Below are positions 51,561 to 64,000 of a stretch of 64,000 nt of DNA, one piece after another. The stretch spans positions 248,001 to 312,000 of the forward strand of contig JAQGDQ010000104.1 in NCBI GenBank assembly GCA_030141605.1, given 5' to 3'. The translations under genes were made by a program, and so were the position numbers. Positions within the stretch are counted from its first letter, which is position 1; each line of letters begins with the position of its first letter. This stretch comes from Tubiluchus corallicola. Taxonomy: Eukaryota > Animalia > Priapulida. A model generated the notes under the pieces. That model did no database searches and was not told the DNA's origin. It was given only the letters and a program-made list of their open reading frames with translations.

Positions 51561-53729
51561 TCTTTCTGAATTGTGTTTTTTGTGTCTGTCAAGTTGAGGC
51601 TTAAACTGGGCAGGACTGAAGGCTTAAACTTATTTCACTCATTGCAAATGCCTTGCAACTCCTACTCCACCTATGTGGATTTGTTTTCTTCCTAATTTTG
51701 TAGGAATGGCTTATGATGCCAAGTACATCTGAGGATGGAAAATGTGTCACTGATTTTCTGCCATTAAGCAATTGGAAATTTTGATCCAGTCATTTGCATC
51801 TATACCTCACAGCTGTAAGATACTTCTGATTTTAAGACTAAGACTCCTAATTTTACTCTTAGCCTATTATTGTCAATAAAGAGTTTAGCTGCTCATGTAA
51901 TTTATGTACGTAGGCTATAAATAAGTTGTAGCTTGATGTTGTACAATTTCAATTTTTTATTCATGTCTTGGGACTCCATATGATATTACACAACCAACTG
52001 CCAGAACAGGCCTAATCAAATACTGTAAGTTGTAATTATATAACAATAACTAAATTATAGTAATCACTAAGCTGTTGGCTGCCATAAAGTTGATAACACG
52101 CTCAACAGCAAAACCATAATTGTAGGGAAATTCTCAAATAAAGAGAATCTGAAAATGCCGGTAAACAAATATTTCATATCATGCTAAAGTACCACACCAA
52201 TTCAGCTGTTAATTTCGTGTTTTCAATCACATACCCAAAACCAACATTTTATTTTCGAGAACGTGAAATTTTGAATCTTAATGTATGCGTAACTGTGAAA
52301 ATAACTAAAAAGGATTTTCGTAACAGTCAGCAAAATATTGGCTGTAAAAACAAATCTGAATGAAAGTACTTACACGGCAAAATTTCATTTAAAAATTTCT
52401 TAGAAGCAATAAGTCCAACATGGGACACCTTGTGTCTTCTTTCGTTGTGTTATCACGCTGTTCCATTGCGTACGCTCACTACACCAATTCGCTCAGTGCG
52501 GTGTCCGAATTATAATCATTTTCGTCTTTGAACTGTGGAGTGTGGATTTTATTAAATCATAGTAACTGCAATTTACGAAAAACTCAGTAACGCGAAGAAA
52601 TCTTTTTATTGTTTTTTTAAAAAAATTAATAGTGCTGAGTAAATGTTCCCTGAGTCACCCTACAGTCATATTCAAATTTATTTACAAATTAATTCTGTTT
52701 GAAGTGACAATCTTATAATTATAAATGGAATGATGGCTCAGTAAGTAAATCTTTGATTATCCTGCTGAAAAAAATGCCATTTTGTACTATTTTGGATGCT
52801 GCTTGAATAAGCTATAAATTAGCTACAAAAGCACCGGCACGGAACAAATTACACAATGTCACTCGATCGCCCAACGACGAATGTAAACACATAGATCACT
52901 TGTAAGCGAGATCAGTGTCCGGAAAGATATATATATGCTGTGCCTACTGTTTTTCTGACATAATTTACCGAAAAAATATAAGATATAGCAGCAAATTACT
53001 TTGTAATGTATACGCATCAGTAAAAAAAAGATGAATAAAATCAAGCCTGCTGATTACCAGTACAGTTCTGTACATGATTCTGTACAAATCTAGCAGCGCA
53101 TGCTGTTAGACTTATAGAAGATAGTCTCTGCTTTTCTTAGTTGCACTTAATTTCTTGCTGTTTAGTAGAAAAGCGTTATACTTACGGGCGACTAAATGCG
53201 ATTTAAGACGTTTACTTGAATTCCGCCTAACTGTCTTAGCCGCGGTGAAGCTAGTCGCGACTAGAGTGTAACTGAGGAGTTAAGACGGCTACATGAACTC
53301 CATGCAAATATTTCCGCGCGCCTAAAACGAAGCTGTGGCACGTGCAGTACATGAATTCGGTCCCTGTACAGTACATTATACTTACTTACTGCACCGTGTT
53401 GAAATTATTGTGCCAGCTAATTCATTACTCCTGCAGTTATTTTTTAACTTTCTACTGTTTTTTATATTTTATGAGAAGTATTTACAACTACATGATTTAC
53501 AATTCAAGTAACGGTAGTTGTCAGGTAAGCGCAACAGCTTACCAAAGTGTAATTCTCCTCGGACCTAAATCTACAGCAGTAATTTTCTGTAAAATGCACC
53601 CACATACATGCAAGACGGATACACGCAACTGCCAGCCTAAGCAAAAAATTGGGGTCGTTTGCCTACCTTTGATATAACGAGAACTATCCACAAAACGTTG
53701 TGCAGAATATACGTACACCCATTAATTGA

Positions 53730-54060
53730 GGTGTGCAGCTAGTGAGTAGAGATCAATACAGTGTAAAATAAACAGGAATTATTAGACCTATAGCGTTCCA
53801 TAGGGATCCATTTTAGGGCCGTTGTTATTTCTGTTATATGTAAATGACATTAACAACATCACCAAAGCATAATTTTCTTTATTTGCAGATGACACCAGCT
53901 CATTTCTAAGACTAAACGTAAATCTAAATAACGTAAGTGAAGTTAACAACGAATTACTCTCCATCTCTAACTAGTTTCACAATAACAAACTATCTTTAAA
54001 TATCAGCAAAACGAAATGCATAATGTTCAAACCGAAAAATACAAATATTCCATAAAAGAC
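53730..54060 (+). mobile_element. LINE (CR1/L2-group) RT fragment
   Basis: YSVP*GSILGPLLFLLYVNDI...LFADDT...NNKLSLNISKTKCIMF. Confidence 0.85.
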
Positions 54061-54169
54061 CACAGTACTAGGTCAAATGAATTTAAAGTACAGTACTGCA
54101 AAACAAACACAGCCAGGCATCATTTAATATTCACTGGGCCCTACTATGGGCTTTACAGTTACTCTTAAA

Positions 54170-54625
54170 AATTCTTGTTCTTACTCTTATTCTTGCTCTT
54201 GTTCTTACTCTTATTCTTACTCTTATTCTTACTCTTGTTCTTACACTTATTCTTACATTTGCTCTTACTCTTGTACTTACTCTTCTTCTTACTCTTGCTC
54301 TTACTCTTATACTTACTCTTGTTCTTACTCTTATTCTTACTCTTGTTCTTGCTCTTGTTCTTACTCTTGTTCTTACTCTTGTTCTTACTCTTGTTTTTAC
54401 TCTTATACTTACTCTTGTACTTACTCTTGTACTTACTCTTGTTCTCACTCTTGTTCTTACTCTTGTTCTTACTCTTATACTTACTCCTATACTTACTCTT
54501 GTTCTTACTCTTGTTCTTACTCTTGTTCTTACTCTTGTTCTTACTCCTATACTTACTCTTGTTCTTACTCTTATACTTACTCTTATACTTACTCTTGTTC
54601 TTACTCTTGTTCTTACTCTTGCTTT
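54170..54625. repeat. Hexamer-based simple repeat (TCTTAC/TCTTGT/TCTTAT)
   Basis: Directly visible; decays into pyrimidine-rich sequence to ~55100. Confidence 0.93.
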
Positions 54626-56207
54626 CTCATTTGTGCTTGCTTTTGTTCGTACTTCTTTCTTGTTTTCATTCTTGCTCTTGCTCTTATTCTTTCTCTTGTT
54701 GTTGCTGTTATTATTGCTTTTGTTCTGGCACTTCTTGTTACTCTTTAAAAATTTCTTGTTTATGGGCTTGTGCTTGATCGTACTTTGTTCTTACTATTGT
54801 TCTTGCCTTTGTTATTATTCTTGCTTTTGTCTCTCCTCCGTTCTTATCCTTTCTCTTACCTTCAGTATTATGCCTCATCTTCAATTTGCATTCATAGTTA
54901 CATTCACAATCACAGACACACGTTCTCATCACGCATATACTCACACTCATTCTGATTTTGATCCACAAAATTCTTTTACCTTTTCACTTCTTGTAGATTC
55001 TATTGTCACCCTCAGTTTCTTTCTCCTTTCCCTTATCTTCTGTGGACTCTCACTGACTTTCAGCCTTATTCTCATTTGCACCCCCACTTTTCATTTAAAC
55101 TAAATTTACCCTTTCTCTAAACGCTTTCTTTCTTTTTTTTATCAGCACACGTGCATTAAATGGCTTGCGTAACTTGCGGATACGGACAACCGCAGCAGGC
55201 TGACGACACATGTCGCCTCTAGCGGGAGGAAAAACCCACTCTAGCATTACACAACTCTACTACGTTGTGATTACGTATGTTCGCTGCTTATATTGTCCAA
55301 TGTAGGCAACGTAAGCACAATTAGTAAAAATATCAGCTCAGTGAGGATAAAGCAATATGCCCGTGGAAGCCTCCATTCACTAATATCGCCCTTTGTAATA
55401 AAAAAAGTTAGTAGAACATCGAAATTAGAACAGAACATGCCTAAACGTTGTTATAAGCACTGAATGGAGCCATGACACATACTATGTTTAATTCTTAAAG
55501 GCTGCCGTGTGCGCTTAGCGACTAGTTAAGCAACATTTGGCCTGATTATTAAATAGATAGGCGACTGACAGAGAAAATGCTGCTGGACGTACTACTTTTG
55601 CTCTTAACTTTACCTTCTGACTCTTAACAGCTACCCGTATCTTACCCTATCCTACCTTCTGCCAGGTTATCGATACTTCACGTTTGAAAGCGACTGCTGT
55701 TTTGTACGTCACATGGCTTCAGTTGGTTTCCTCCTTTTAGACTTTTGTCAACAGAAAAACAAACAATTGTACCATGAAACCAAAAAATAACGCAAAAAAT
55801 CAAAACAAATTAGTCTAGCGTAGGAATTATAAAACTAGCAGGATTCACTAGAGTGGCGGTAAATAGCAGGCAATGTAAAATCCTATGTGATGGAAGGTTG
55901 CTTATAAAGTTTAGTTTGCCAGGCGTCGCGCTGTTCGAACTTCTGCGATTACACCAGACTGCGCTGACATTCTGAGAACTGCAACCTAAAGCTCGTTTCA
56001 CATGAAGCGTGATGCGGCGAAAACAGATTTCACCCAGAAGGCACACGTTATACGTTAAAACAATACGTAAAATTAACTTACTAGTGATTGGAGGTACCTG
56101 TTAACGCTCTTTTTTGAAGAATTCCACAGACAATAGGCTCGAAGGAAAAAACTGAATCTATAAGCAGCCGTTTTAAGTAGCAACAGAAAACAATGTATGA
56201 GTATTTA

Positions 56208-57141
56208 CTCACATTTACTCTGTGGTCCTTACCCTGTGGTCTGTGCGTCACCTTTACTCTGACAATGCTTGAAGTGATTTGTATAAAAATGTCAAATATG
56301 TTAGCTTGTTACTTGTGTTCTAGGTTGGTTTTCAATTCTTTCACTGTTGGTTTTGTTGTAAGTGTAAATCGCCAAGTATCCACTTGGCTGATGATGTCTA
56401 TTAAATATACGACGACGAAACAAATTTGTAAATATGTAATGTAGTATTATAATGTTTTTATTCTTATGATTTTAACTTAGACTAATTGACACAATTGCAC
56501 GCATCAGTCTATCACTGACTGGTTGTACACTGATTCTTATGTACGATGTAATTTGTTTTACTCTGCATAATATATATATATATATATATATATAGTATAT
56601 ACATAGTATATATGTATATATACATCATATTAATATATATATATATATATATTAATATGATGTATATATACATATATACTATGTATATACTATATACATA
56701 TGGGTATTATATTACTATATTACTATATTACATACTATATTATGTTACTATATTATGTTATGTTATATATATGTATATATATGACGCAGAGTAAAACAAA
56801 TTACATCATACATAAGAATCAGTGTACAACCAGTCAGTGATAGACTGATGTGTGCAATTGTGTCAATTAGTCTAAGTTAAAAATCATAAGAATAAAAACA
56901 TTATAATACTACATTACATATTTACAAATTTGTTTCGTCGTCGTTCATTTAATAGACATCATCAGCCAAGTGGATACTTGGCGATTTACACTTACAACAA
57001 TACAGTGAAAGAATTGAAAGCCAACCTAGAACACAAGAAGCAAGCTAATATATTTGACATTTTTATACAAATCTCTTCAAGGATTGTCTGAGTAAAGTGA
57101 CACGCAGACCACAGAGGTAAGGGCCACAGAGTAAATGTGAG
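56208..57141. repeat. Long inverted repeat: ~360-bp arms (56208-56566, 56786-57141) around a ~220-bp TA-rich spacer
   Basis: The arms are reverse complements, e.g. CACTGACTGGTTGTACACTGATTCTTATG / CATAAGAATCAGTGTACAACCAGTCAGTG. Confidence 0.95.
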
Positions 57142-57153
57142 AATATATATATA

Positions 57154-57259
57154 TTATTGACAGTCATAATGGAAATCTATAAGGAAAAGACAGCATTTAT
57201 GTATATATACGTGCGCAAATGCTGTCTTCCATATAGATTTCCATTATGACTGTCAATAA
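57154..57259. repeat. ~106-bp near-perfect hairpin
   Basis: TTATTGACAGTCATAATGGAAATCTATA ... TATAGATTTCCATTATGACTGTCAATAA. Confidence 0.9.
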
Positions 57260-59119
57260 CTTTGCAGGTATCAGTATTTTGTCACCTGGCGACCGTTAAG
57301 TTCAACTGATCGAAGAACTTACTTTAAATGTTTCTGTATGACGTCCATAAGTTGATGGATAGCACACGCTTGAATGAAATAACTCTAGTGCTTGGCACGC
57401 AAATTTCTTATTTGTCCTGGTGGCGGCTCCACAGTCGATCACGCGTTGCACGCTACGTAGGGGGGCGCCATTGATAGTCCGCAAACAATTTGACATTTAC
57501 TACAATATGTACATCCTTAGAGATTCATAGCTGAACTACGTCCAAGTATGATATATTTGATATGATGTTTTAAGAGTGTAGCCCTACTAACCAACCGTGC
57601 ATGGAGCTGCGCTCGCAAAATGCGTTATTTACAACGAGGCTGGAACGTTTTATGCATTAGTTTCTAGCGTGTTGTAAATTCAGAATTTAGTTACTTCTTC
57701 CTCTGACCAGGTATTCAATCACGCTGTAATGCGCTGTAATACACCGATTTTTTTGGCTTCTTTGAAACTCGGCTTCCTTTGACGAACTTTAGCTAATATG
57801 AAACTGGACAATTTCGAACGTTGGCGTCAGTAATACGAGCACGGCTGTCAACATCAGAGGTCCCTGGGGGTTCCTCCAGTAATTTCACAGTAATTGTTAT
57901 TAGCCTCAGTGTGCAATATTTGAAAAAAAAATATGACAGCCATTCTCGTTTTTCAATGTGACTTTTGCTGTTCCTGAGGATTTCTATGGAGGTGAACTTA
58001 AGGTTGCCACACGTAAGTCAGTTTCATTATTGCGTCCAAATCTGACCAGTTAAAGTGAGTAATGCTGCAAATGATGTCAGGTGTAAATCAAATATTTTGA
58101 ACAACACAAAGATGTAAACTAATGTGTTGATCAGATGTAAAAGGGCAGCCCAAATGTATTGTGGCGGGTCACATGATTAAACCGTCACGGGCTTCGTGAA
58201 AATGTTGTGTATTGAATGTAAAATTCTCGAGCGTGTAACCTGTTCTCGTAGATTCGAGGGCAGTGGGTTCTGGTCATGTCGGCTTCGGTTTCATTTTGTT
58301 TTTGTCTTCTTAGTTGCTGTTATTAAGTCAGTCGTGATTCAGTAATTTTTGGTTTAACCAATTGGTTTGCATTTCGACTCAACGCGTAAGTGTCAGGTAT
58401 AAACTGTTGCTAAGTATTTCATTTCACTCTTTTTCCTTCTTTTCTTTTTTTATAATTTTCTTTAGTTAATTATGAATCCTCGCTATCATAGACGGCATCA
58501 CAGTATTAATTGATCACAATTATGATGTCTACTTGTATTGATACTTTAATACCCATGTATTGCACGGTAATTTTTTATTATTAATCCATGAACTCTTATG
58601 GACCCATGTATGGGGTCCCTTACGTTTTCTAATGGAGCGTAGAGCAAAGGACACAGCGGGATAGCAAGGGGCAAAGAGGAACAACATAGGGCATAGCGTA
58701 CCAGCGAGGTTGACCCACGAAAGACACTGTCCAGGTATTAGCAATTGAACGCTTTAAACCATGTACATGTAGCTCCATAATAATGCGTTGTGTACGAAAG
58801 TTTGTATTAAGTAGCGTTCAACAAAAAATAACAGGATTGAGATGTCACCCCACATGTGAACATAAAACATGATCAAAATGTACAAACCACAATAATTACT
58901 TGCTGTTCACAATGCTTCAAACTTGTGACAACAAGGGCAGCGCCAATCTGACTGTTATTAACCTAGCAATAGAACCTCTAGAAATGTGTTTTTCTCGAGT
59001 TTTCTAACTGTACCTTTTTGTCCCTAATCTCTCTTTGCCTTTGTCCCCTCTTACCCTATATTATTTTGGTTTATCGCAATAGATTATTTCGCAATAAACA
59101 AATACATATACATTACATG

Positions 59120-59500
59120 GGCATCGATAATCAGTTTTTGTTAATACAAAAATATGATACAATTCATGAATTCTACGCTAGAGACCTAAGAAGCTAGCTT
59201 ATGGTAGGCCACTAGAATTAGTTACGAAAAAAATTACAATATATAAAGCTACAATATTACAATATATACAAATATAAATATAGGGGTGGGAAGTAATAAA
59301 AATATTATTATACTAGAGGGGAAGTTTTTGAAAATGAAAAACAACAAATCATGATTGAGTGATCAGTTATATGTTTCAAGTAAGTTTAATTTATAATTTT
59401 TTTTAAATATGGACAGCGAGTTGGCATTTTTAATAGCTGGAGCAATTGAATTCCATATCCTATCTTTTTTTGTCTTAGATGGTGTTCCATTTTTTTATTT
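59120..59500 (-). mobile_element. CR1/L2-group LINE 3' end
   Basis: Minus strand RIWNSIAPAIKNANSLSIFKKNYKLNLLETYN-stop, followed by a 3' UTR. Confidence 0.7.
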
Positions 59501-61769
59501 TGAATGACATAGAAATGATGTCACTGCGCATTCTTAGTGTTTTATTTCTCCCTGGGTAAACTCATATCAATTCAGCTACATGTAAACTCAATTGCTGAAC
59601 AAGAATAAAAATGTCAGATTTTATGTACGGGGTTGTTAAGTAGATGTTAAATTTAAAACTGTGGCTTGCCAGAAATCTTGGAAGTTGAACAAAATTATGT
59701 CAAATGTTATTGCTCAATATAAGCCTGAAAGTAATCCTATTTGCCCTAAAGTGAACAGTGACAGCTCTGCAAATGATTTGTTCCTGAGGAAACGTAGTTT
59801 CTATAGCACCTCGAGCACGGCCGTATCCAGACTTTATGACGCCCTAAACTGATGCATTTGTTCTGTTAATCTCGGATGTGAATTTATGATCATGTACTGG
59901 ACAGACCAAACAAATACTTGTGGTGTGTATTAGTAATACTATCAACCTAGTTTCTACATGGTCATTGTTAATTTCGTTTATATGAATAGCCCTTATATAG
60001 AATTCGGCTGGATAACTGCTTGATGTGTAGTACCATGTGCTTGTTCGTTATACTGCACTTATATAGCATTTGCTATCAGTAACTGCCTGCGGTGTGTTAC
60101 ACAATGCTTGTTTTACGTGAATGTGAACGGATGCTCATTTTCCCGAGAAGAATAATAATGTTTTAAAATTGGGCGCCTAAAATGTGGCGCCCCTCAAACT
60201 ATAGCCTAGTTAGCCTATTGGTTAATACGCCCCTGACTTCGAGAAAAAAGCCGTTACGGCTATTGTTAATAACAACAGGTACCTTTTTAATGCTTACGTT
60301 TCGATACAGTCCTGCATAATCGACAATTCACTTTCACAAGCCAGCTACAAAAATATGTATCTATGAGCTATGCTCAACAGGTTACTGAACACTTTATAAT
60401 CATGATCACAGTTTTTCTCAGTTCTCGCTCCATTTCATCTTTCATTCACTACTCCCCCTCCACATTTATGTATATTTTATCACTATTTCAATTATTAATC
60501 ACTTCTTTAAGATTTCCACGTACAGTTTGGCCTGTCAAGCTATGTTTTTAGGCTCAAACTGTATGCAACAAAATGATTCTGTAATGTAATTTGCACATGT
60601 ATATGCTGCATAAGAATCCCTTTTGTAATTTCTGGATAATATTGCATTTATATTTATATTTACTTCAGTGAAAAATTATCTGTATTTTTATTATAACTCT
60701 TAGATGCAGAGTGGAAATAAATAAACTTATAAACCCTAGTCATAGATCTCAAACACTCAAAGCACAATAACACAGAAAAACTTTTGGTGCTCGCAAACAA
60801 AAACGGCAATTGCTAAAAAAATCACACAAATTATTTTAAACTTACTGAGCAAATGACACAAAATATTTTAAACTCACTTGTAATAAGGATATTACAAGGT
60901 TAAATCTCTAGACAAGTAAGTTTAAAATAATTTGCGTGGTTGCTTCGTAAGTTTAAAATAGTTTTTGTAATTTTATCAATTTTTTTCTAGTTTGGTTGGT
61001 GCTAATTTTTTATGTGTTGTTGTGCTGTGATTATTTAGCTTCTATTACTAGGACAGTAACGTTCATTGGTTGGTGTTAATTTATATTTCGAGCTGTCTTG
61101 AATAAGTGCTCTGGTGATGCTAGACTGCATCGAAACATGAGCTATAAACCAGCTGTTATCAATAGCGGTTGTTTTGCTTGCATGATTAAATATTGATAGA
61201 ACCTGTAAGTTTGACAGTTAAACGTGGTGAAGAACTTGAAACCTGTGAAGGTAAGATGATATGATCTTAATCATATACTATAACCATATAACCATGTTCC
61301 ATTTTCAAGTATCAGCTGTGACATGGGCAAGCTGGCTTCTGACATCAGATGTCTTCTGGCTTCCCGCGTTAACACCACATGACAGTGTTTCAAAAATGTC
61401 GCAAGATAAGGCAACACGCGCAAATTCCTATTATTCATTTATACCAGTTTACATCTCAGTCGCTTTTTCACACGTTAACATTAATTATCTGTCAATTTTC
61501 TGACAAGACCTTTTTTAGATTTTAAGCAAAAAGTGGAAAAGATTTTGCCTCCGTGTGCAGCGGGTAACATTATTATTGCGTGCAGTTAGCCCATCACCCA
61601 AGTCAGTGTGTGTGTGCTGGCACGTTCAATCATTGTAACTTCAGTATCCAGTTTGCCCAGGTCTTATAAGGTCAATATTTAAATCGGCTTCCATTTCAAC
61701 ACTGTAAATTTTCCACTTAGATAGCGATTCACCATTATAAACACTTAGAAAACCCGGCGCTTCTAAGAC

Positions 61770-61876
<107 letters not shown>

Positions 61877-61889
61877 AGTTTTTTTCTCC

Positions 61890-62580
61890 AGCCAGAACAC
61901 TTAGATATCAAGGTGCAAATTCTGCTAAAGTGTCTGATTTGCGACGAAAATGACTTGGTAGAGAAAGAAATTTTACAAATAGATAATTTGAACGATCCAT
62001 GGGCTCATTAACATTTTTTTTGAAAAGCTACCTGTGATATTCTCAAGCGGAGAGAACCTATAATGTGTAATTGAAAGACACTCCTGAATTATTTCTATAC
62101 GCGAGGGATCGGTTCATTTGAACGTAACCTGCGGAAAAACAGGATACGCAATAGAGCTCAACAGGAAGGAGATTTCACATAACGCAGAGGCAACGGTAAT
62201 GCAAAGGATTTACTGCAAGCGCATAAATTTGCCTCTAGATGAATTTGTACGGCGAATTGAAACAATTGCAGTGGCAGGCTAAGAAAAGACAGGCAAAGGA
62301 ATTTCTGTACAGATTTGGTGTAACTGACAATCCTTTGAGCGACTGCTTAGAGGAAGCTCAGCCTTTAGAAAATTTACTGTTTAAGTGTCCTAAAGTCTAG
62401 AAGAATAAACGCAAAGCACTACTGGATGAGCTTCCGACTAGGTCTATAAATAATGTTTTTCTGTGCTGAAATCATTTGTTGCTCTCAACGGTCTTGTAAA
62501 TTTTGTAAATAACCTTGTAAATATTCTACATAACCTTGGTAACTAATACTAACATTAATGAATTATTAATTATTATTAAA
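61890..62580 (+). mobile_element. Decayed LINE C-terminal fragment
   Basis: GKGNFC/EFLYRFGVTDNPLSDCLEEAQPLENLLFKCPKV resembles a degenerate C-terminal CCHC knuckle. Confidence 0.5.
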
Positions 62581-63170
62581 AATCTTTATTGAAAATGATA
62601 CAATAAGCCCTCTATGTGCAGGGCATATAAGTACAAAAATGTTAAATAAATCTTTACATTATGTACATTAAATAAATTTTTATATTAAATTCTTCATAGT
62701 TACAATTTTTCTTACTAAACAAGCTAACACAACTGCATTACGATTTATTAAATCTAATTACATATCTAACATTTGCGTACAATGTTTATACATGTTTTAG
62801 TGTATGTACAAATAGTATATGTTGTAGCTTCTACATACATAAATAATCTTACATTAATGTCATTCGTATATAAACAGTATGCCTGTATAATCAATGTACG
62901 ATCATTTTGGTAGATCTTTTACAATATCTATGTACATTTTAATTACATATGTGTCTCTCTTTCTGTAAATGGTCCGATTGTCATTATTTTCTAAACCGCG
63001 CTCGAGATTCACTCTTATATCTTGTCTAACAAATGGTAACGGACAATGAAAAATTAAATGTTCTGGGGTTTGACTGCCCAAACCGCAAACACATAGATCT
63101 GAATCAGTTATACCTATCCTGTATTTAAATGATTTGCAACCTCTTCCAAGTAGAAGAGCCAACGCAATAG
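62580..63170 (-). mobile_element. LINE 3' end with CCHC zinc knuckle
   Basis: LLLGRGCKSFKYRIGITDSDLCVCGLGSQTPEHLIFHCP; the 3' UTR ends at AATAAA (~62585) with a TAA-repeat tail. Confidence 0.75.
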
Positions 63171-63399
63171 TTAATGAATGTAATGTAATTTAGCACTAAA
63201 GTACTAACTAGCTTCTGATTTTCTTACATTTTGTGAAGTTAAACAACTAAAATTTAATGGGGGATATAATTTTACTACTTTTAACATTTGCTAGCGCAAT
63301 ATTTTGTTGCAAATATTGCATAAGGTTTAATTAGTGTATAATTCACCATTGCCTGCAAATAGAGGCTCAATGTAGCATTTGTATATTAACAAAGATTTA

Positions 63400-63550
63400 T
63401 GATAATCATCATCATCAACATCATTATCATCATCATCATTATCATCATCATCACCATCATTTCTCTCCTCTCTCTCTTTCTCTATCTCTCTGTCTCTCAC
63501 TCACTCACTCACTCCCTCACTCGCGCACGCACACGCACACGCACACGCAC

Positions 63551-63581
<31 letters not shown>

Positions 63582-63603
63582 TGAACACACACACACACAC
63601 ACA

Positions 63604-63672
<69 letters not shown>
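63400..63672. repeat. Compound (ATC)n/(CA)n/(TC)n microsatellite
   Basis: Directly visible. Confidence 0.93.
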
Positions 63673-63846
63673 TTCTCTCCTTCCTCTCCCCTTTCTCACT
63701 ACTTGAGGAGTGGCCGATTTAGCTCATAGCTTTTGAATTAGGCCCGCCCCTGTTTGAGGTTGTGAATCAGATCCACCCTTGAAGGCTAATTCAAAAGCTA
63801 TGAGCTAAATCGGCCACTCCTCAAGTAGTGAGAAAGGGGGAGAGGA

Positions 63847-63905
<59 letters not shown>

Positions 63906-63908
63906 TGT
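63604..63908. repeat. Inverted repeat with near-perfect ~65-bp unique arms extended by (TC)n/(GA)n
   Basis: TTTCTCACTACTTGAGGAGTGGCCGATTTAGCTCATAGCTTTTGAATTAG and its exact reverse complement from 63786. Confidence 0.93.
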
Positions 63909-64000
63909 GTATGTGTTGTGAATCAGATCCGCCCCTGCTTGGAAAGTGGCCGATCACTTCAAGATTTTTATCAGATCTATCCCCGCTTGAGGACTGGCTG

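Noticed and set aside
54131-55103. Long SY/LLF/RV-rich ORFs
   Set aside because: Hexamer simple repeat with no coding evidence.
58200-58420. Possible solo LTR starting TGTTG
   Set aside because: No partner, TSD or defined CA end could be identified.

Overview
AT-rich, intron-rich eukaryotic DNA, most likely an invertebrate animal; no prokaryotic features. Two conserved genes face each other. On + are the last three coding exons of mitochondrial Lon protease (LONP1; 3201-3430, 4464-4628, 7602-7820). On - is a complete 18-coding-exon ACTR5/Arp5 gene (INO80 subunit; 50399->22054). All ACTR5 splice phases were checked by hand and give a 2040-nt CDS of about 679 aa with one GC-AG intron. The ~14 kb between the two 3' ends is a mosaic of: a LINE RT fragment interrupted by a Ty3/Gypsy element (125-bp 3' LTR and PPT present, 5' LTR missing); a second, unrelated gag-protease fragment head-to-head with the first; two orphan heme-peroxidase exons; a phase-compatible LRRCT/Thr-stalk/transmembrane exon; and further LINE remnants. 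ACTR5 introns hold several hAT and Tc1/pogo MITEs and four different minisatellites (48, 58, 21 and 60 bp). The last 13 kb is non-coding, with LINE tails, microsatellites and three inverted repeats. The best candidate for novelty is the gag/peroxidase/LRRCT-TM chimeric block, which may simply be a decayed rearrangement. Coordinates were counted by eye, and element boundaries may be off by a few bases.
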